Assembly (NCBI GenBank): GCA_014728175.1
Contig: WJMA01000003.1
Coordinates: forward strand, 66,191 to 130,190
Source of the DNA: Candidatus Fermentibacterota bacterium
GTDB lineage: Bacteria > Fermentibacterota > Fermentibacteria > Fermentibacterales > JCC-6
Direction of reading: 5' to 3'
DNA length: 64,000 bases
The translations under genes were made by a program, and so were the position numbers. Under the pieces are notes generated by a model. It saw only the letters and a list, made by a program, of their open reading frames with translations. It searched no databases and was not told where the DNA came from. Below, in pieces: positions 19,333 to 28,535 of the stretch. Position 1 is the stretch's first letter; each line of letters opens with the position of its first letter.

Positions 19333-19959
19333 CTATTGCCCCTTTTGCCGCTCCCTTATCTTCTTCAGCCAGTCCGGCACCGGCTGTTTGCGATCGTAGG
19401 CCAGATCCACCCTGCCCTCCTTCACGTGCAGGATCTCCCTGCCGTTCCTGTGGCCCAGCTCGAAAGCTTCGAGGTTCATCTCCGTGTACTTCTCCGCGAC
19501 GCTCTTCATTATGGCCTGGCGCCACGCATCCAGGCCGAAGTACTTGGTCAGGGCTCCCATCATTCCCAGCGCTATCATGTTCGCCACCAAAGGAGTGCCG
19601 AACGATTCCTTGCTGGTCCTGGTGAACGTGTACTCGTATACGTTCCCGGCCGGGGGCTGATCGACGTAGGTCGAATCCACCAGCGAGAAACCGTCCTCCT
19701 TTACGAACTCACCGAACTTGTCCGCGCTGGGCTGGTTCATGGCCAGAAGCACGTCCAGCTCCCTGCACATGGGGTAGAGGATCTCGTCCTGCGAGACTAT
19801 CACGTCGGTCCTGCTGGCTCCACCCCTGGCCTCCGGGCCGTAGCTCTGGGTCTGGCAAACGTTGTAGCCGTCGTTGATCGCGGTTTCGGCAAGCACCCGG
19901 CCGGCCAACCCGAGCCCCTGGCCTCCCGCGCCCGACAGCCTTATCTCAGCGTACTTCAT
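19333..19959 (-). CDS. 2-oxoacid:ferredoxin oxidoreductase, gamma subunit
   Basis: GAGGQGLGLAGRVL motif of POR/KOR gamma family. Confidence 0.8.
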   Translation of the reverse strand: MKYAEIRLSGAGGQGLGLAGRVLAETAINDGYNVCQTQSYGPEARGGASRTDVIVSQDEILYPMCRELDVLLAMNQPSADKFGEFVKEDGFSLVDSTYVDQPPAGNVYEYTFTRTSKESFGTPLVANMIALGMMGALTKYFGLDAWRQAIMKSVAEKYTEMNLEAFELGHRNGREILHVKEGRVDLAYDRKQPVPDWLKKIRERQKGQ

Positions 19960-20801
19960 TGGTTCATCTCCAAGCGCTCCCGGGCCCTCTGGCAGAGCTC
20001 TTCGTACCTGTCCAGGTACTCGGGAACATCCACGTCCCGGAAGATGCCCCTGAGGATCTTTCCCTCCAGGTCTTGCTGCTTCATCTTCGTCGCCTGCTTC
20101 ACGGTCACCGTGTCGTCCCGGAGGGACTCCATCATGTCGACGGGGTCGGCCTGGTTGTTGGCCCTTCCGAAGCTGGTCGGGCAGGGCGAGAGAACCTCCA
20201 CCACGCTGAAGCCTTTCTTCTCCATGGCCCTCTTAAAGATCCGGTCCAGCTCCATCACGTGGTACACCGTCCCCCTGGCCACGAACGTGGCGCCGGCGCC
20301 GGACATGAGGTCGCAGACGTCGAAGTTGGGCTCCATCATACCGTAGGGGGTGGTCGAAGTTCTAGCCCCCTCCGGGGTGGTGGGAGAGAACTGGCCGCCG
20401 GTCATGCCGTAATTGTTGTTGTTAACCACAATGGCGGTCATGTCCATGTTCCTCCTGGCGGTGTGGATTATGTGGTTGCCGCCAATGGCCAGAGCGTCTC
20501 CGTCTCCCATCACGGTTATCACCTTCAGCGTCGGATTCGCCAGCTTGACGCCGGTGCTGAAGGCCAATGCTCTGCCGTGGGTGGTATGCAGGGTGTTGAA
20601 ATCGAGGTAGACGGGCATTCTGGACGTGCAGCCAATCCCCGAGGAGACCACCACGTCGTCCTTCTTCCAGTCCAGGTCGATTATAGCCCGGATTATGGAG
20701 CCCATCAGTATGCCGATCCCGCAACCGGGACACCACACGTGGGGAAACTTCTTCTTGTGCCTGAGATACTTGTGCTCGTAGGGAAGATGTACGGCCATCA
20801 T
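19956..20801 (-). CDS. 2-oxoacid:ferredoxin oxidoreductase, beta subunit (TPP-binding)
   Basis: WCPGCG motif and GDG-x-N TPP-binding region; real start ATGATG at 20801 with GGAGGTGG RBS, overlapping alpha stop. Confidence 0.85.
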   Translation of the reverse strand: MMAVHLPYEHKYLRHKKKFPHVWCPGCGIGILMGSIIRAIIDLDWKKDDVVVSSGIGCTSRMPVYLDFNTLHTTHGRALAFSTGVKLANPTLKVITVMGDGDALAIGGNHIIHTARRNMDMTAIVVNNNNYGMTGGQFSPTTPEGARTSTTPYGMMEPNFDVCDLMSGAGATFVARGTVYHVMELDRIFKRAMEKKGFSVVEVLSPCPTSFGRANNQADPVDMMESLRDDTVTVKQATKMKQQDLEGKILRGIFRDVDVPEYLDRYEELCQRARERLEMNQ

Positions 20802-21940
20802 ACCACCTCCCCTATCTGCTCCACTATCTGCTCCGGCGTTATCTGGTAGCCGTCTATCCTCTGCACGGGGACGATGCGCACGGCATCCAAGGTCACTCTC
20901 TCCACCTCGTGGATGATCTGGCCCTGGTTGAGCTCGGGCACGATCACCACCTCCTTGTCGTCGAGGTACTTCTTTGCCGTAACGTCGGGGAAGGGCCATA
21001 TGGTCACCGGTCTGAATACTCCGACCTTCATACCTTCCTCGGCCAGAATCTGTTGGGCCGCGAGGGCGGAGCGGTAGACCGAGCCATAGGCGAAGATGAC
21101 TACCTTGCTGTCCTCGAGCCCGTGCAGCCTTACGTCCTCGAGCTCATCCAGCCTTCTGGTTATCTTGTGCTTCAATCGGCCGAGCTTGGCCATCACCTCC
21201 TCCACCTTTCGGGTGGGGAAGCCGTGCGCGTCGTGGGTGAGTCCGGTGACGTGGAAGCGGTAGCCGGTTCCGAACCTGGCCATCGGAGACACGTTGGATG
21301 CGGTGGGATGGTAGTGCTCGTACCATTCGATGGGCACGTCCGGCTCCGGCTGGCACTTGATTTCCACCTCGTCCTCCCCGGGGAAGGCTATACGCTCGCG
21401 CATATGGCCCACGATCTCGTCCGCCAGAAGCAGCACCGGAGTACGGAAGCACTCGGCGAGGTTGAAAGCCCGCACGGTAAGATCGAAGCATTCCCTGACG
21501 CTGCAGGGCACCATGGCGATCACCGGATGATCGCCGTGGGTACCCCATCTGGCTTGCATCACGTCTCCCTGGGCCGCCTGGGTGGGCAGGCCCGTCGAGG
21601 GGCCGGCCCTCATCACGTTCACTATTACGATGGGCACCTCCGTCATGCAGGCGTATCCGAGTCCTTCCTGCATAAGGCTGAATCCGGGTCCACTGGTGGC
21701 GGTCATTGCCTTGGCTCCCGCCAGGCTGCCGCCTATTATGGCGCTGATGCTGGCTATCTCGTCCTCCATCTGGATCCACTTCTTCCCCAGCGCGGGAAGA
21801 TATCTGGACAGTATCTCGGCGATCTCGCTGGATGGAGTTATCGGGTACCCGGCGAAGAGGTCGATCTCGCTGGCAATGGCCCCCATGGCGATAGCCTCGT
21901 TGCCCTGCACCAGCTCTTCCTCACCCCATGGTACGATCAC
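20798..21940 (-). CDS. 2-oxoacid:ferredoxin oxidoreductase, alpha subunit
   Basis: 380 aa PorA/KorA-like (GYPITPSSEI, SGPGFSLM). Confidence 0.85.
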   Translation of the reverse strand: MIVPWGEEELVQGNEAIAMGAIASEIDLFAGYPITPSSEIAEILSRYLPALGKKWIQMEDEIASISAIIGGSLAGAKAMTATSGPGFSLMQEGLGYACMTEVPIVIVNVMRAGPSTGLPTQAAQGDVMQARWGTHGDHPVIAMVPCSVRECFDLTVRAFNLAECFRTPVLLLADEIVGHMRERIAFPGEDEVEIKCQPEPDVPIEWYEHYHPTASNVSPMARFGTGYRFHVTGLTHDAHGFPTRKVEEVMAKLGRLKHKITRRLDELEDVRLHGLEDSKVVIFAYGSVYRSALAAQQILAEEGMKVGVFRPVTIWPFPDVTAKKYLDDKEVVIVPELNQGQIIHEVERVTLDAVRIVPVQRIDGYQITPEQIVEQIGEVV

Positions 21941-22221
21941 TGGTCGTCACCTTCCTTCTTTACCGCCCTGCCCTCCTCGTCGGTAAGCGCGATGGCGAAG
22001 TCGGGGCAACGGCGGGCGCACAGGAAACAGCGGATGCATCTCTCCGGATGCGCCACGTGCGCCTTCTGGTCTTCACCCATCTCCAGTACCTGCTTGGGAC
22101 AGAAGGCGACGCATATTCCACAGCCCTTGCACCACTCGGGGTAAATACGGATCAGCGGTTTCTCAGCTCCCTCCTCGGGAGCTTTGCCGGGCTTGGTTCC
22201 GGCCTCGGCCTTCTCAGCCAT
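21937..22221 (-). CDS. 2-oxoacid:ferredoxin oxidoreductase, delta subunit (2x[4Fe-4S] ferredoxin)
   Basis: two CxxCxxCxxxCP motifs in 94 aa. Confidence 0.8.
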   Translation of the reverse strand: MAEKAEAGTKPGKAPEEGAEKPLIRIYPEWCKGCGICVAFCPKQVLEMGEDQKAHVAHPERCIRCFLCARRCPDFAIALTDEEGRAVKKEGDDQ

Positions 22222-22261
22222 TTACGGTCACACCTCCGTGTTCTTTTGGTCTGCGCTCTCT

Positions 22262-22320
22262 GGGCGGAGCCGCCCCAAAAGCGCGGAAGGGCCGGGCTTC
22301 GACCGCCCGGCCCTCCAGGA
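22262..22320 (-). terminator. rho-independent terminator after the GTPase gene (stem GGGCCGGGC/GCCCGGCCC followed by U-rich tract on minus strand)
   Basis: perfect 9-bp GC inverted repeat with 7-nt loop, then CGCUUUUGG on transcript. Confidence 0.5.
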
Positions 22321-22338
22321 TGAGTTCATCTTCCTTCG

Positions 22339-23667
22339 TCAGCTCTCCAGAAAAGGCTGCAGAACATCGACCAGGTTGGGCCTGCCTATCTCCTGCAGCT
22401 CGTAGGTCACTCTTGCACAAGGTTTGTCTATCTCTATTACCCGGGCGAGATCTATGGGGGTCGCCACCACCACGGTATCTGCGTCCGAGGAGTTGATGGT
22501 CGCCTGCAGGTCTCTCATCTGGTCGTCTCCGTAACCCATCGCCGGCAGTATCGACACGACTTTGTGATCGGAATAATAGAGCTCGAAGGTGTCCACGATG
22601 GACCCCCTGGCGAACGGCCTGGGATCCACGGTCTCGGCGGCTCCGTAGCGCTGCGCGGCGACTATTCCAGCTCCGTAATCCATACCGCCGTGGGTCAGGG
22701 TGGGACCGTCCTCCACGACCAGCACCCGCTTGCCCGTTATGGACGCGGGATCGTCAACGCTCACCGCGCTGGCGGCCTCGATTATCTTCGCGGAAGGATT
22801 TATCGCCCGGACGTTGTCCCTCACCTCGGCCACTTCCTCGGGGTAGGCGCTGTCCACCTTGTTTATAATCACCGCATCGGACAGCCTTACGTTTATCTGG
22901 CCCGGGTAGTAGGAGAGCTCGTGGCCCGGGCGGTGAGGATCGGCAACCGTCAGATGAAGGTCGGGGAGGTAGAAGGGAGTATCGTTGTTTCCTCCGTCCC
23001 AAAGGATTACATCCGCCTCTTTCTCGGCCTGCCTCAGGATCTCTTCGTAGTCCACTCCCGCGTAAACCACGGTTCCCCTGTTTATATGCGGCTCGTACTC
23101 CTCCATCTCTTCGATGGTGCAGTCGTGCCGCTCCAGGTCGTCTATAGTTTCGAAACGCTGCACCCTCTGGACCCGCAGATCGCCGTAGGGCATGGGATGA
23201 CGGACGACGACTACCTTCCTGCCGGCTTCCTGGAGTATTCCCACCGCCCTTCTCGTGGTCTGGCTCTTACCCGAGCCGGTCCTGACGGCGCATACCGCCA
23301 CCACCGGCCTGGAGCTCTCCAGCATGGTCCTGACGGCCCCCAGCATGGACACGTCCGCACCCGCCGAGTTGACCCGGGCACCCAGGGTCATCACGTAGTG
23401 GTCGGAGAGGTCGCTGTACGAAAGGACGCACAGCTCGACCCCAAAATCGCCAACTATCTCCTCCAGCTCGTCCTCCGGCATTATGGGTATGCCCTCGGGG
23501 TAGAGTTTCCCGGCCAGCTCGGGAGGGTACTTTCTGTCGTCTATATCTGGAATCTGGGCGGCAGTGAAGCCCACAACCTCGTACCTGTCGTCCTCTCTGA
23601 ACACTACGTTGAAGTTATGGAAGTCGCGACCCGCGGCTCCCAGCAGCAAAGTCTTGATCCTGCTCAT
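22339..23667 (-). CDS. P-loop GTPase family protein (COG2403 / cyclic 2,3-diphosphoglycerate synthetase-like)
   Basis: 442 aa; Walker A CAVRTGSGKSQT, WDGGNND, NKVD G4 motif; family assignment from memory, uncertain. Confidence 0.4.
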   Translation of the reverse strand: MSRIKTLLLGAAGRDFHNFNVVFREDDRYEVVGFTAAQIPDIDDRKYPPELAGKLYPEGIPIMPEDELEEIVGDFGVELCVLSYSDLSDHYVMTLGARVNSAGADVSMLGAVRTMLESSRPVVAVCAVRTGSGKSQTTRRAVGILQEAGRKVVVVRHPMPYGDLRVQRVQRFETIDDLERHDCTIEEMEEYEPHINRGTVVYAGVDYEEILRQAEKEADVILWDGGNNDTPFYLPDLHLTVADPHRPGHELSYYPGQINVRLSDAVIINKVDSAYPEEVAEVRDNVRAINPSAKIIEAASAVSVDDPASITGKRVLVVEDGPTLTHGGMDYGAGIVAAQRYGAAETVDPRPFARGSIVDTFELYYSDHKVVSILPAMGYGDDQMRDLQATINSSDADTVVVATPIDLARVIEIDKPCARVTYELQEIGRPNLVDVLQPFLES

Positions 23668-23843
23668 TGCCGTCCTTTCCGCAAGCTAGTGGGTACCTTG
23701 CGGGAAAGCAACAGCGAGCCTGCTCCGGCTCGGCCCTTCCCTACCTACAAAACGACCAGCCCATCGGGCTGGCGAATTGTAGTCCAGTTAATCTCCAAAA
23801 GCCACCGCACGTTGTCAACTTCACCGATCCCCAGGGCCTTTTT

Positions 23844-24299
23844 TCACCGCCCGCTTCGCCCTCCCGCCCGATCGGCCACCAGAAGGAGCGATACTCCGAA
23901 TCCACCCACGGCCCCGGTTATCATTCGGACTGCCTCCGTGCTCCGGTAGCACCCGATAAGCAGCTGCGCCAGACCGTCGACGACCACGGGTAGGAGAAGC
24001 AGGATGCCGGCGGCCACTCCCCAGCGGGGGGGCCGCAGGAAGTGGTAGAGGCTGCCACCGAACAGGCCCATCCAGAAGGAGGTGCACCGGGCACACATCG
24101 CGCTGTGCCCCCAGGGCAGGTTTATGCAGCGGGAGGGAATTCTGTGGCAAAGCCCGGAGAGCACGGGATCCAGAACCGGGATCTCTCCCGGGGGCATCAG
24201 GCCCCTGAGCAGGGAGGCGGCGAACAGGAACAACGCCGGAATTCCCACTATCAGCGAAGCCAGTCGGCGACGTCCCTCCGGCAGCCCTCTCCCGGTCAT
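23844..24299 (-). CDS. small membrane protein with conserved cysteines (DUF2085-like)
   Basis: 151 aa, 4 TM segments, CHRIPSRC...CARC pattern. Confidence 0.4.
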   Translation of the reverse strand: MTGRGLPEGRRRLASLIVGIPALFLFAASLLRGLMPPGEIPVLDPVLSGLCHRIPSRCINLPWGHSAMCARCTSFWMGLFGGSLYHFLRPPRWGVAAGILLLLPVVVDGLAQLLIGCYRSTEAVRMITGAVGGFGVSLLLVADRAGGRSGR

Positions 24300-24338
24300 T
24301 GCTCCGTCCGGAGCCTCTCTGTGGTCAAACCGCCCTTC

Positions 24339-25739
24339 CTAACCGTCGGCCCAGGTGTCCTTGGACCAGTCGAACCGCTCTCCCACCGACCCTCTGCCCA
24401 GGGTCTCCATGGCCGCGTACTCACCCATCTCGATCGAATGATCCATGTTGTTGTACCTGAACAGGCCCTGTCTTCCGCAGGTGACCGAGCCTTCCAGCTC
24501 CTCCATGGCCCGCAGCACTTCGCTCAAAGGATCGGAGTAACCCTTCCTGTAGATGGGATAGGCATGGGCCTGCCTGGAGATGGTGTGATCGATCACCTCG
24601 TCCGCCCGCAGCAATCCCAGCCTCTCGCCCCCCGTCACCGCCGCCTCCACCAGCCGGCGGTCGCCGTTCCACAGGTCGTCGTTCTCTTGGCAGCTGAACT
24701 CGAACACGGCCTGAAAACCGCCCTCGGGAGACATCCCGGGATCGAAGTTCTCCGGGAAGCTTATCCGGTTGAAGAGGTACCTGTCCTCCGATGCGTATAT
24801 CCAATGGTCTTCGACCGGAATCTCCGCGTCCACCCGGAGAGCCACGAATACCACGGCCCTGTAGAGAAGCTGCTCCGCCGACCTTTCCAAACCCTCCGGC
24901 AACACGTCTCCCAGCAGACGAACGTACTCGGGGAGGGGAATGGTGCTCACCACCCTGTCCGCCCTGAGTTGTTCGCCGGCGGTATGGATGACGAACGAGC
25001 CCTGTCCTCCGGTAATCCTCCGGGGGACCGTGCGATAATGGATCGCTCCTCCCATGTCCCCCACCCTCTCGGCCAGGACTTCGGCTATGCGGCCGATTCC
25101 TCTCCGGGGGTAATGGAAGGTGCTTACCAGGCTTCTTATCTTGCCCGAGCTGGGCAGCAGGGTCTCTCTCAGCAGACCGCTCAGGCTGGGAACCGTTATC
25201 CTCTGGCTGGCCCAGTCTACGGACAGTTGGTGGGGAGCGAAACCCCACAGCTTGGCCGTATAGGGCCGGAAATATAAGTCGTATAGCTTATGGCCGAACC
25301 TCTTGACCACCCAGTCCTCGAAGCTTTCCTCCTTCCTGGGGGCCACAATGTTGCCTAGCTTCTCGGCCATATAGCTAAAGACCATAGCCGCGCCCTGGCT
25401 CAAAGGCATTCGCCTCAGCACGTCCCCGAACGACAGTGGGTACCGGAAGTATCTGTCCAGGAGCCTTATCCTGCTCTTGCGCTCCAGCTGCATCAGCTCG
25501 TCCGGAAGAAGGTCTCTCACCCTTTCCAGGATCCAGTCCTCCTGGGTGTGGAACCTGTGCGGGCCGTGGTCGAACCGAAAGCCGTTCTCCGCGCAGGTGG
25601 AAGCCAGGCCGCCGGGGCCGGGCTCCTTCTCCAGCACGGTCACCTCGGCTCCCTCGGCGCACAGCCGCCGGGCCGCGGCCAGACCGGTCAGGCCGGCACC
25701 CAACACCACCACCCGGGGAGCGTCTGTCTCCCTACTCAT
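24339..25739 (-). CDS. FAD-dependent oxidoreductase (amine oxidase/protoporphyrinogen oxidase-like superfamily)
   Basis: N-terminal VVVLGAGLTGLAAA dinucleotide-binding motif and GLAS...GFRFDHGPH; overlaps upstream 5'-nucleotidase gene by 8 bp. Confidence 0.6.
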   Translation of the reverse strand: MSRETDAPRVVVLGAGLTGLAAARRLCAEGAEVTVLEKEPGPGGLASTCAENGFRFDHGPHRFHTQEDWILERVRDLLPDELMQLERKSRIRLLDRYFRYPLSFGDVLRRMPLSQGAAMVFSYMAEKLGNIVAPRKEESFEDWVVKRFGHKLYDLYFRPYTAKLWGFAPHQLSVDWASQRITVPSLSGLLRETLLPSSGKIRSLVSTFHYPRRGIGRIAEVLAERVGDMGGAIHYRTVPRRITGGQGSFVIHTAGEQLRADRVVSTIPLPEYVRLLGDVLPEGLERSAEQLLYRAVVFVALRVDAEIPVEDHWIYASEDRYLFNRISFPENFDPGMSPEGGFQAVFEFSCQENDDLWNGDRRLVEAAVTGGERLGLLRADEVIDHTISRQAHAYPIYRKGYSDPLSEVLRAMEELEGSVTCGRQGLFRYNNMDHSIEMGEYAAMETLGRGSVGERFDWSKDTWADG

Positions 25740-27339
25740 CCTTCCAGATTATCCTCATCCGATCGTCGGCCCTAACCGGGCTGTGCTCCCGTACGTACTC
25801 TACGACTGCCTTCAGCAGCGTAACACCCGTGTAGCGTCCGGTATGCTCCAGCATCACCTCGTAGCCTATGTTGCCCGAAGCCAGGTATCCGGTGGTAACC
25901 AGCTCGTACATGCTGTCCGGATGAACGGGCTCTCCTCCGACCAGCAGCTCTTCGGTCTTCTGGCCGTCGGGCATCGACTGGTTCCTCACCGCATGGACGC
26001 CCGATATCTCCATATCGCGTCTTCTACCGGCCATGCCCGCCTCCAGCACCTCCACCAGCTCCTCCCCGGTAAGCTCCAACACGTACAGGTCCTCCTGGAA
26101 AGGAATGGCCTGGTAGATTATACGAGGGGTAATGGGGCCCCGGGGAATGGCGGCCCTTATGCCCCCCCTGTTCATCAGAGCCACGTCTGCGCCGGTGCGC
26201 CAGGCCATGGCGTCCGCCACCAGCCTTCCCAGGGGATGTTCCGCCGGGCCCCTGGGAATCTCCTCCTCGGCCTCTCCCACCACCTCGTCCATGCCGGCCT
26301 CCGCCAGCCCGCGGAAACCTTCTATAAGCTCCGTAGCCGCGGGGTCGGGCCAGAACTCGTCGTGGAAGAGGCTGATGTACTCCTCCCCGTACGGAAGGTC
26401 GTAACCGACGAGGGTCTGGGTCTCGGTGTCCAGGGCCAGACGAATGTGTCCGATGCCCGTTCCGTTGGCGTACCCCTGGACCACTATGGTGTGGTTCACA
26501 GGGTTTATCCAGGGCTCGGCGTAGCCTATGTGAATATGACCGCTTACGATGACGTCGATGCCCGGCAGCACGGTGCTCAGCTCTACGTTGTTCAGGGCCC
26601 ACTCTTTGGCGTAGCCAGAGTCGCTTTCCCAGGATCTCAGAACCGATTCCAGGTACCTGTCCGGATCCGGAGGTTGACCCAGGTGGGAGACCAGCACCAC
26701 CACATCGGCTCCTTCCTCCCTGGCCCGATCCATCGCTCTACGGACGGTCTGTACCTCGTTGCCGAAGAGATAGCCCTCCAGCAGCGCGGGATCCACCAGG
26801 CCGTAGGTGTCCGGGGTGTTCACTCCCACGAAGGCCACCTCCACACCTTCCACGTCGCGTATCACGTACGGTTCGACCGGCCGGGGGATGCTTCCGGTCT
26901 CCGTCTGCAGGAAGTTGCAGCAAACCACGGAGAAGTCGGCCGTCCGGGCCAGCTCGACGGCGTTCTCCGCCCCGTCGTCGAAGTCGTGGTTGCCGAGGGT
27001 CATGATGTCGTAGCCCACGAAGTTCATCCACTCCACGACCAGACGGCCGGAGTCGTAATTGCCGACCGGCGTTCCCTGGTAGATGTCGCCGGCGTCTATC
27101 ATAAGGCAGTGCTCACCGCTCTCCCGGCACCTCTCACGCACCTGATCGACGTAGGCGGATATGTACGCTCCTCCCCCCATCATGGGGGGGAAGTTGGGGT
27201 TAATGAAGGAGGCCGAGGTGGGAGCTATGCCTCCATGTATATCATTGGTATGTAATATGTTAAGATATACAGTCTCCGCCGCCGGTTGAGCGGTGGCCAA
27301 AAGCAGGGCAACGAAGAGCAGGAACCGGCGTTTGGTCAC
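25732..27339 (-). CDS. bifunctional metallophosphatase/5'-nucleotidase (UshA family), secreted
   Basis: signal peptide; NDIHGG, GNHDFD metallophosphatase motifs + C-terminal 5'-nucleotidase substrate domain; GTG start at 27339 overlapping upstream stop (GTGA). Confidence 0.8.
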   Translation of the reverse strand: MTKRRFLLFVALLLATAQPAAETVYLNILHTNDIHGGIAPTSASFINPNFPPMMGGGAYISAYVDQVRERCRESGEHCLMIDAGDIYQGTPVGNYDSGRLVVEWMNFVGYDIMTLGNHDFDDGAENAVELARTADFSVVCCNFLQTETGSIPRPVEPYVIRDVEGVEVAFVGVNTPDTYGLVDPALLEGYLFGNEVQTVRRAMDRAREEGADVVVLVSHLGQPPDPDRYLESVLRSWESDSGYAKEWALNNVELSTVLPGIDVIVSGHIHIGYAEPWINPVNHTIVVQGYANGTGIGHIRLALDTETQTLVGYDLPYGEEYISLFHDEFWPDPAATELIEGFRGLAEAGMDEVVGEAEEEIPRGPAEHPLGRLVADAMAWRTGADVALMNRGGIRAAIPRGPITPRIIYQAIPFQEDLYVLELTGEELVEVLEAGMAGRRRDMEISGVHAVRNQSMPDGQKTEELLVGGEPVHPDSMYELVTTGYLASGNIGYEVMLEHTGRYTGVTLLKAVVEYVREHSPVRADDRMRIIWKDE

Positions 27340-28523
27340 AGCTCGAACCTCCGACCGATGGACAGCAGAACGGTGGTCGAGCTCTCCTCCACCACCAGGC
27401 TGTCGCCGGGGTCGAAGGAAACCATGTCCGGAACCTCCACCTGTCTCCATCTGCCTGGGCTGAAGCTGCCGCCCACGTCCAACGAGTAGTCACCCAGCCG
27501 GAAGCCCAGGCCCAGGGTGAAGGCCATCCTGTCCAGAGCCCGGGATATCGGAGAGCTGCGGTAGCTGAAGCCGAACCTGCCCACGGGCCCGCCGGGAAGG
27601 TCGTTCTCCACGCCCGCAGACATTCCCCATGCGTCCCGGTCGTACATGTCCGCGCCCTCCCGCTCCGCATCGCTTCTGGCACTGTAGTAACACTCCCCGG
27701 TGAAAACCGTCCGGAGCGCGTTCCCCGGCTCGTACACGGCCCCGGCGTGGAACACGGGGGGGAGGCTGACGCTGGCCTGCTCGTCTCCCGTCAGCTCGTA
27801 GGAAAGACTGTAATCCATTCCCGCGGATATCGCGACCCTTCCGGCGCGGTACAGGGCCGAGGCCCTGGCGCTGGCTCCGCTGACATCGGTGTCGGTTACC
27901 TGCAGGACGTCGTCCGCGGTGGGGTCCACGTAGCTCACCACCCAGCGGGAGGTTCGATTGCCGAACAGGTATCCGGCCCCCAGGCCCACCAGCAACCTCT
28001 CCGAGGGGGCGAAGCAGGCGGCCAGAGCCAACTCCGAGGCCCTCCCGCTTACCTCCAGGCGCTCCCTGGCCGTCTCCACGTAACTCTCGTCCATCACCAT
28101 TCTGTCGTAGTCGTAGCAGAAGCTGTAGGGACGGTACAAGCCGGCGGTTATGGAAACGTTGTTCGGTATTCCCACCGCCCCGGAGCCGGTGGCGGACACT
28201 CCGCCGGGAAACGTCGAGATATGCCGGTTGAACGCTTCCTCGGACTCCCCGATGCTGCTGCCGAACTCGTCGTAGACCTTCCGCAGCCTCTTCTCCATGG
28301 TCAGTCTGGTGCCTCCCGAAACCTCCACCAGCAGCCCCGGGCCCAGCAGCCCGGATAGGGCGGGATTCCTGAGCGCCCCGGTCGGGGTCAGCTCTACGAA
28401 CCCCGACTCTCCCATCGAGATGCCCCGGGCGGAGGTGGAGGGGCATGGAATGCCCATGTCCAGAACGGAGGGAAGGCTTGCCGGGATCGTTGCGAATGCC
28501 AATACGGTCAACAAGAGTGACAT
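27336..28523 (-). CDS. hypothetical outer-membrane protein, possibly FadL/PorV-like beta-barrel
   Basis: 395 aa, signal peptide, beta-rich with periodic aromatic/Gly residues, C-terminal ...GRRFEL; family assignment speculative. Confidence 0.35.
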   Translation of the reverse strand: MSLLLTVLAFATIPASLPSVLDMGIPCPSTSARGISMGESGFVELTPTGALRNPALSGLLGPGLLVEVSGGTRLTMEKRLRKVYDEFGSSIGESEEAFNRHISTFPGGVSATGSGAVGIPNNVSITAGLYRPYSFCYDYDRMVMDESYVETARERLEVSGRASELALAACFAPSERLLVGLGAGYLFGNRTSRWVVSYVDPTADDVLQVTDTDVSGASARASALYRAGRVAISAGMDYSLSYELTGDEQASVSLPPVFHAGAVYEPGNALRTVFTGECYYSARSDAEREGADMYDRDAWGMSAGVENDLPGGPVGRFGFSYRSSPISRALDRMAFTLGLGFRLGDYSLDVGGSFSPGRWRQVEVPDMVSFDPGDSLVVEESSTTVLLSIGRRFEL

Positions 28524-28535
28524 ATCTCCTCCAGG

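Noticed and set aside
19336-22144. 336-aa, 296-aa and 411-aa plus-strand ORFs
   Set aside because: Antisense to the four OFOR subunit genes, whose identity is unambiguous.
24042-27255. 411-aa and 592-aa plus-strand ORFs
   Set aside because: Antisense to the FAD oxidoreductase and 5'-nucleotidase genes, which have clear motif support. Compositionally biased.
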